Assembly: GCA_040756235.1 (NCBI GenBank)
Contig: JBFLZG010000138.1
Coordinates: 1-61,114, forward strand
Direction of reading: 5' to 3'
DNA from: a bacterium
GTDB taxonomy: Bacteria > Desulfobacterota > DSWW01
DNA length: 61,114 nucleotides
Every line of letters starts with the position of its first letter. Within the stretch, counting starts at the first letter, position 1. Below are positions 58,327-61,114 of this stretch, one piece after another. The notes beneath the pieces are model-generated. The model ran no database searches. It was not told the DNA's origin and worked only from the letters and a program-made list of their open reading frames with translations. The translations under genes and the position numbers were made by a program.

Positions 58327-59726
58327 CCCTCAGCCCTGTTGATGAACCCCTTCCACAGCGTGCGCCAGAGGATCTTCAGGTCCAGAGCCATCGACCAATG
58401 CTCCATGTATTCAATATCACACTCGATCCGCTTTTCCAAGGATGTGGCTCCGCGCCAACCCCGCACCTGGGCCAGACCGGTGAGACCCGATTTCACCTTG
58501 TGGCGCAGCATATAAGAGGGGACGATCTTGCAGAAATCCTGGACGAATTCGGGCCGTTCAGGACGCGGGCCAACGAGGCTCATGTCCCCCTTCAGCACGT
58601 TCCAGATCTGCGGGATCTCATCCAGACTGTATCTCCGCAGGAATGCGCCCAACCGGGTTCGCCTCGGATCCACCCGCTGAGACCATACCGGTCTGTTCCC
58701 CAGCTCCGCCGAGACGCGCATGGTGCGGAACTTGAACATGGTGAACTTCTTGCCGTCGAATCCGACACGGACCTGACGGTACAGCACCGGTCCGGGCGAG
58801 GTGCACTTGACCAGCAGGGCCATCAGGGCGAGGGCCGGGCAAAGCAGGGCCAGGGCCAGGCCGGAAACGAGGAGGTCCAGGACGCGCTTCTCCCATTTCG
58901 AGATCCCCTGCTGTGGGCTGGCGCGAAGCCGGATCAAAGGGATCCCCCCGAAATCCTCGACGCCGGCCCGAAGGGGCATGATGGGAAAGAGATCCGGGAT
59001 GACGTGGATGTCCGCGGTGAGATCCTGGACCGCCGAGAGGAGGTTCGTGATCTGGCCTGACTGGTCCAGTGTCAGCGCGAAGACGACGAGATCGATCTTC
59101 TCTTCGAGCACGATCCTCCTCAAGTCGGAGAAAGACCCCAGGACCGGCAATCCCTCTTCAAATGAACGGCAGGACGGAGTCTCCGGAAGCACACGTCCGA
59201 TCACGTTGAGCCCCATCTCCGGGTGCCGACGCACGCGCTCGCGGAACACAGGAACCATGGCGTTGGCTCCGACGAGCAGGACTCTTTTCGCAGCCGCCGC
59301 GCTTCGACTGATCCTCTTGATCAACGGACGAAGGACAATCCGGTTCATCGACAGGGTCGAGACAGCCAGGCAGCCGAAGCAGACATAAAAGATTCGTGAG
59401 ATCTCCGCCTTGGTGGAGAAGTAGGTAACGAAAATGAGGAGCACCATGGCGACCATCGTCCCGCGAAAGAGGGAGCGCAATTCCCGCGGCACGCTCCACC
59501 ACCGGTCCGTACGGTAGACCCCGCTGTTGATGAAGGCGACCAGCCAGACGACGAGCACCAGGGGCAGGTGGGTCAGGTACGTCCCGAATCCAGGGGTTCC
59601 AAAGTACACGGGGATCCAGTCCGAGAGAAATCGCAGCCAGTAGGCCCCCATCCAGGAGAGACTGACCCAGAGCATGTCGGACAGGAGCATCGATCTCTGA
59701 AAGAGCTGAACTTTCTGCCTCAGCAA
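58323..59726 (-). CDS. Undecaprenyl-phosphate glucose phosphotransferase (WcaJ-like)
   Basis: [26 protein letters not shown] and GLTGLAQV. Confidence 0.9.
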   Translation of the reverse strand: MLRQKVQLFQRSMLLSDMLWVSLSWMGAYWLRFLSDWIPVYFGTPGFGTYLTHLPLVLVVWLVAFINSGVYRTDRWWSVPRELRSLFRGTMVAMVLLIFVTYFSTKAEISRIFYVCFGCLAVSTLSMNRIVLRPLIKRISRSAAAAKRVLLVGANAMVPVFRERVRRHPEMGLNVIGRVLPETPSCRSFEEGLPVLGSFSDLRRIVLEEKIDLVVFALTLDQSGQITNLLSAVQDLTADIHVIPDLFPIMPLRAGVEDFGGIPLIRLRASPQQGISKWEKRVLDLLVSGLALALLCPALALMALLVKCTSPGPVLYRQVRVGFDGKKFTMFKFRTMRVSAELGNRPVWSQRVDPRRTRLGAFLRRYSLDEIPQIWNVLKGDMSLVGPRPERPEFVQDFCKIVPSYMLRHKVKSGLTGLAQVRGWRGATSLEKRIECDIEYMEHWSMALDLKILWRTLWKGFINRAEG

Positions 59727-59746
59727 GCCGCCTCACCCTCACCCTT

Positions 59747-60862
59747 TCATGGAGCTCCCGCGTGTTCCGTGGCCTCCCCATAGACGCCGAGGGTCTCCCT
59801 GGCGACCCTCTCCCAGGTGAAAACCCTTGCTCGATCCAACACCGGACTGGGGTCCCATCTTTCTCGGAGTCTCTCGGTGCGGACCTTCGACAAGGCTTCT
59901 TCCCACTCACGCACGTGGTCGCAGGAGAGAATGAACCCGGTCCCCCCGAGAACTTCCGGGCTAGCTCCGCCATCCGCTGCAAGGACCGGCAACCCGAACT
60001 GCATGGCTTCCACGATCGGGAGCCCGAAGCCCTCCCCCATGGCAGGAAACACCAGGGCAAGCGCGCGCTGGTAGAGGAGTCGGAGCAAGCCGTCGCTGAC
60101 CTCTCCTGCAAACCGGATCCGATCCCCAACCCCGGAGACGGCCGCGTACGCATGAACCTGCGGGTGCTGCGGCCCGACCAGGATGTAAATCGGCCCGTCG
60201 GCAGATTCTCGAGCGAGGCACGAGAATGCCCTCAAGGCCAGACGGATGTTCTTATGGGGTCTTGCGTTCGCGACGGACAGGAAGAAGGGTCTCTTCTCCG
60301 GATTGATCGCCAGGAAGCGCAATTCATCCGCCGGTGATATCGACGTTCTGAGGATGTGATCGCCAGCGGGCAGGACCACACGGATCTTGTCCGAACAGTC
60401 CGGGGCCCAGCGAATCAGGCAGGAGCGGGTGTACTCGGAGACAACCAGCAATTTTCGGCACCTGCGCAGGGCGCATCGGACGATCACCTGAAAGTAGATT
60501 CGTTTGGCAAGACCGTGCTCACGGCGTTGCATCAGCGGTATTAAGTCGTGCAGCGTGAACAGAAAGGGTTGCGAAACCAGAGCAGGACACCCGTAGGTCA
60601 CGCAGTGATAGAGATCGGCTTCCGTCCTCGCGATCAGGCAGGGAATCCAAAACTGCTCCAGCAATCCATATGGCCTGACGGCCGAACGCAACAGCCGGAA
60701 GGCCGTCCCGTCCGGCGGATCCGGAATGCCTTTCCTGCCGGCCAGGATCAGCAGGGGAGGCAGGTGCCGCAGGCCCGACAGGGCCCGCGCAAGCTCTCCG
60801 CCATAACGGGCGATTCCGTGCATCGGGCCGGCGGAGGTTCTCAGATCAAGGCAGACCTTCAT
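59747..60862 (-). CDS. Glycosyltransferase family 4
   Basis: HGIARY, TLHDLIP, PHKN and EGFGLPIVEAM. Confidence 0.9.
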   Translation of the reverse strand: MKVCLDLRTSAGPMHGIARYGGELARALSGLRHLPPLLILAGRKGIPDPPDGTAFRLLRSAVRPYGLLEQFWIPCLIARTEADLYHCVTYGCPALVSQPFLFTLHDLIPLMQRREHGLAKRIYFQVIVRCALRRCRKLLVVSEYTRSCLIRWAPDCSDKIRVVLPAGDHILRTSISPADELRFLAINPEKRPFFLSVANARPHKNIRLALRAFSCLARESADGPIYILVGPQHPQVHAYAAVSGVGDRIRFAGEVSDGLLRLLYQRALALVFPAMGEGFGLPIVEAMQFGLPVLAADGGASPEVLGGTGFILSCDHVREWEEALSKVRTERLRERWDPSPVLDRARVFTWERVARETLGVYGEATEHAGAP

Positions 60863-61031
60863 ACGTTCATACCTGCCGCCGCAAGGGCGGTCCGTCGCAC
60901 TCCACCTGTCGCTCTCTCAGGAGGCACTTTTGTGTGTCCGGCCGGACATCGGGTCCTGCCGGCCGGCCCGAATCTGCTCCGACCGTGGGTGCGCGGAGAT
61001 CTCGGACATTCGCGCATCGGGCCTTCCGTCA

Positions 61032-61114
61032 AGAGGCTGTCGATAAACGCCCATCTGCGGCGTTGCGCTCATGGGGAAAGGAGGCGGGGGAGCCTGCCCC
61101 CGCGCAGGCCCGGG
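61032..61114 (-). repeat. Repeat family copy 8 (reversed, cut by window end)
   Basis: agaggctgtcgataaacgcccatctgcggcgttgcgctcatgg...ggaggcgggggagcctgcccc. Confidence 0.9.

Noticed and set aside
422..61114. Repeat family as a CRISPR array
   Set aside because: Copies are dispersed, variable in length and not separated by regular spacers; no cas genes.

Overview
GC-rich bacterial chromosomal window. The gene set (MglA-type GTPase, myxosortase-like CPBP protease, RpoH, PlsB, vor-type oxidoreductase operon, yicC-DUF370-gmk-rel) points to a deltaproteobacterium (Desulfobacterota or relative); this is inference. It holds about 50 mostly housekeeping CDSs for amino-acid, purine, lipid and envelope metabolism and proteostasis, plus one tRNA-Arg(CCT). 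I found no CRISPR array, integrase, transposase or prophage. The strongest non-obvious signal is a modular intergenic repeat family with 8 full or partial copies. Its 20-nt ends pair with compensatory base changes, conserved strand-specific G-U pairs and a tandem GA motif, and it carries an internal hairpin module found in both orientations. This suggests a structured RNA or ssDNA element rather than a plain MITE. Other leads: a ~180-nt rod-like structure upstream of the tRNA, a sigma-region-2-only protein, a CxxS DsbA lipoprotein, an acyl-CoA ligase with an SCP2-like insertion, and KDSR-like and IPC-synthase-like lipid genes. All calls rest on reading motifs by eye; no database searches were run.
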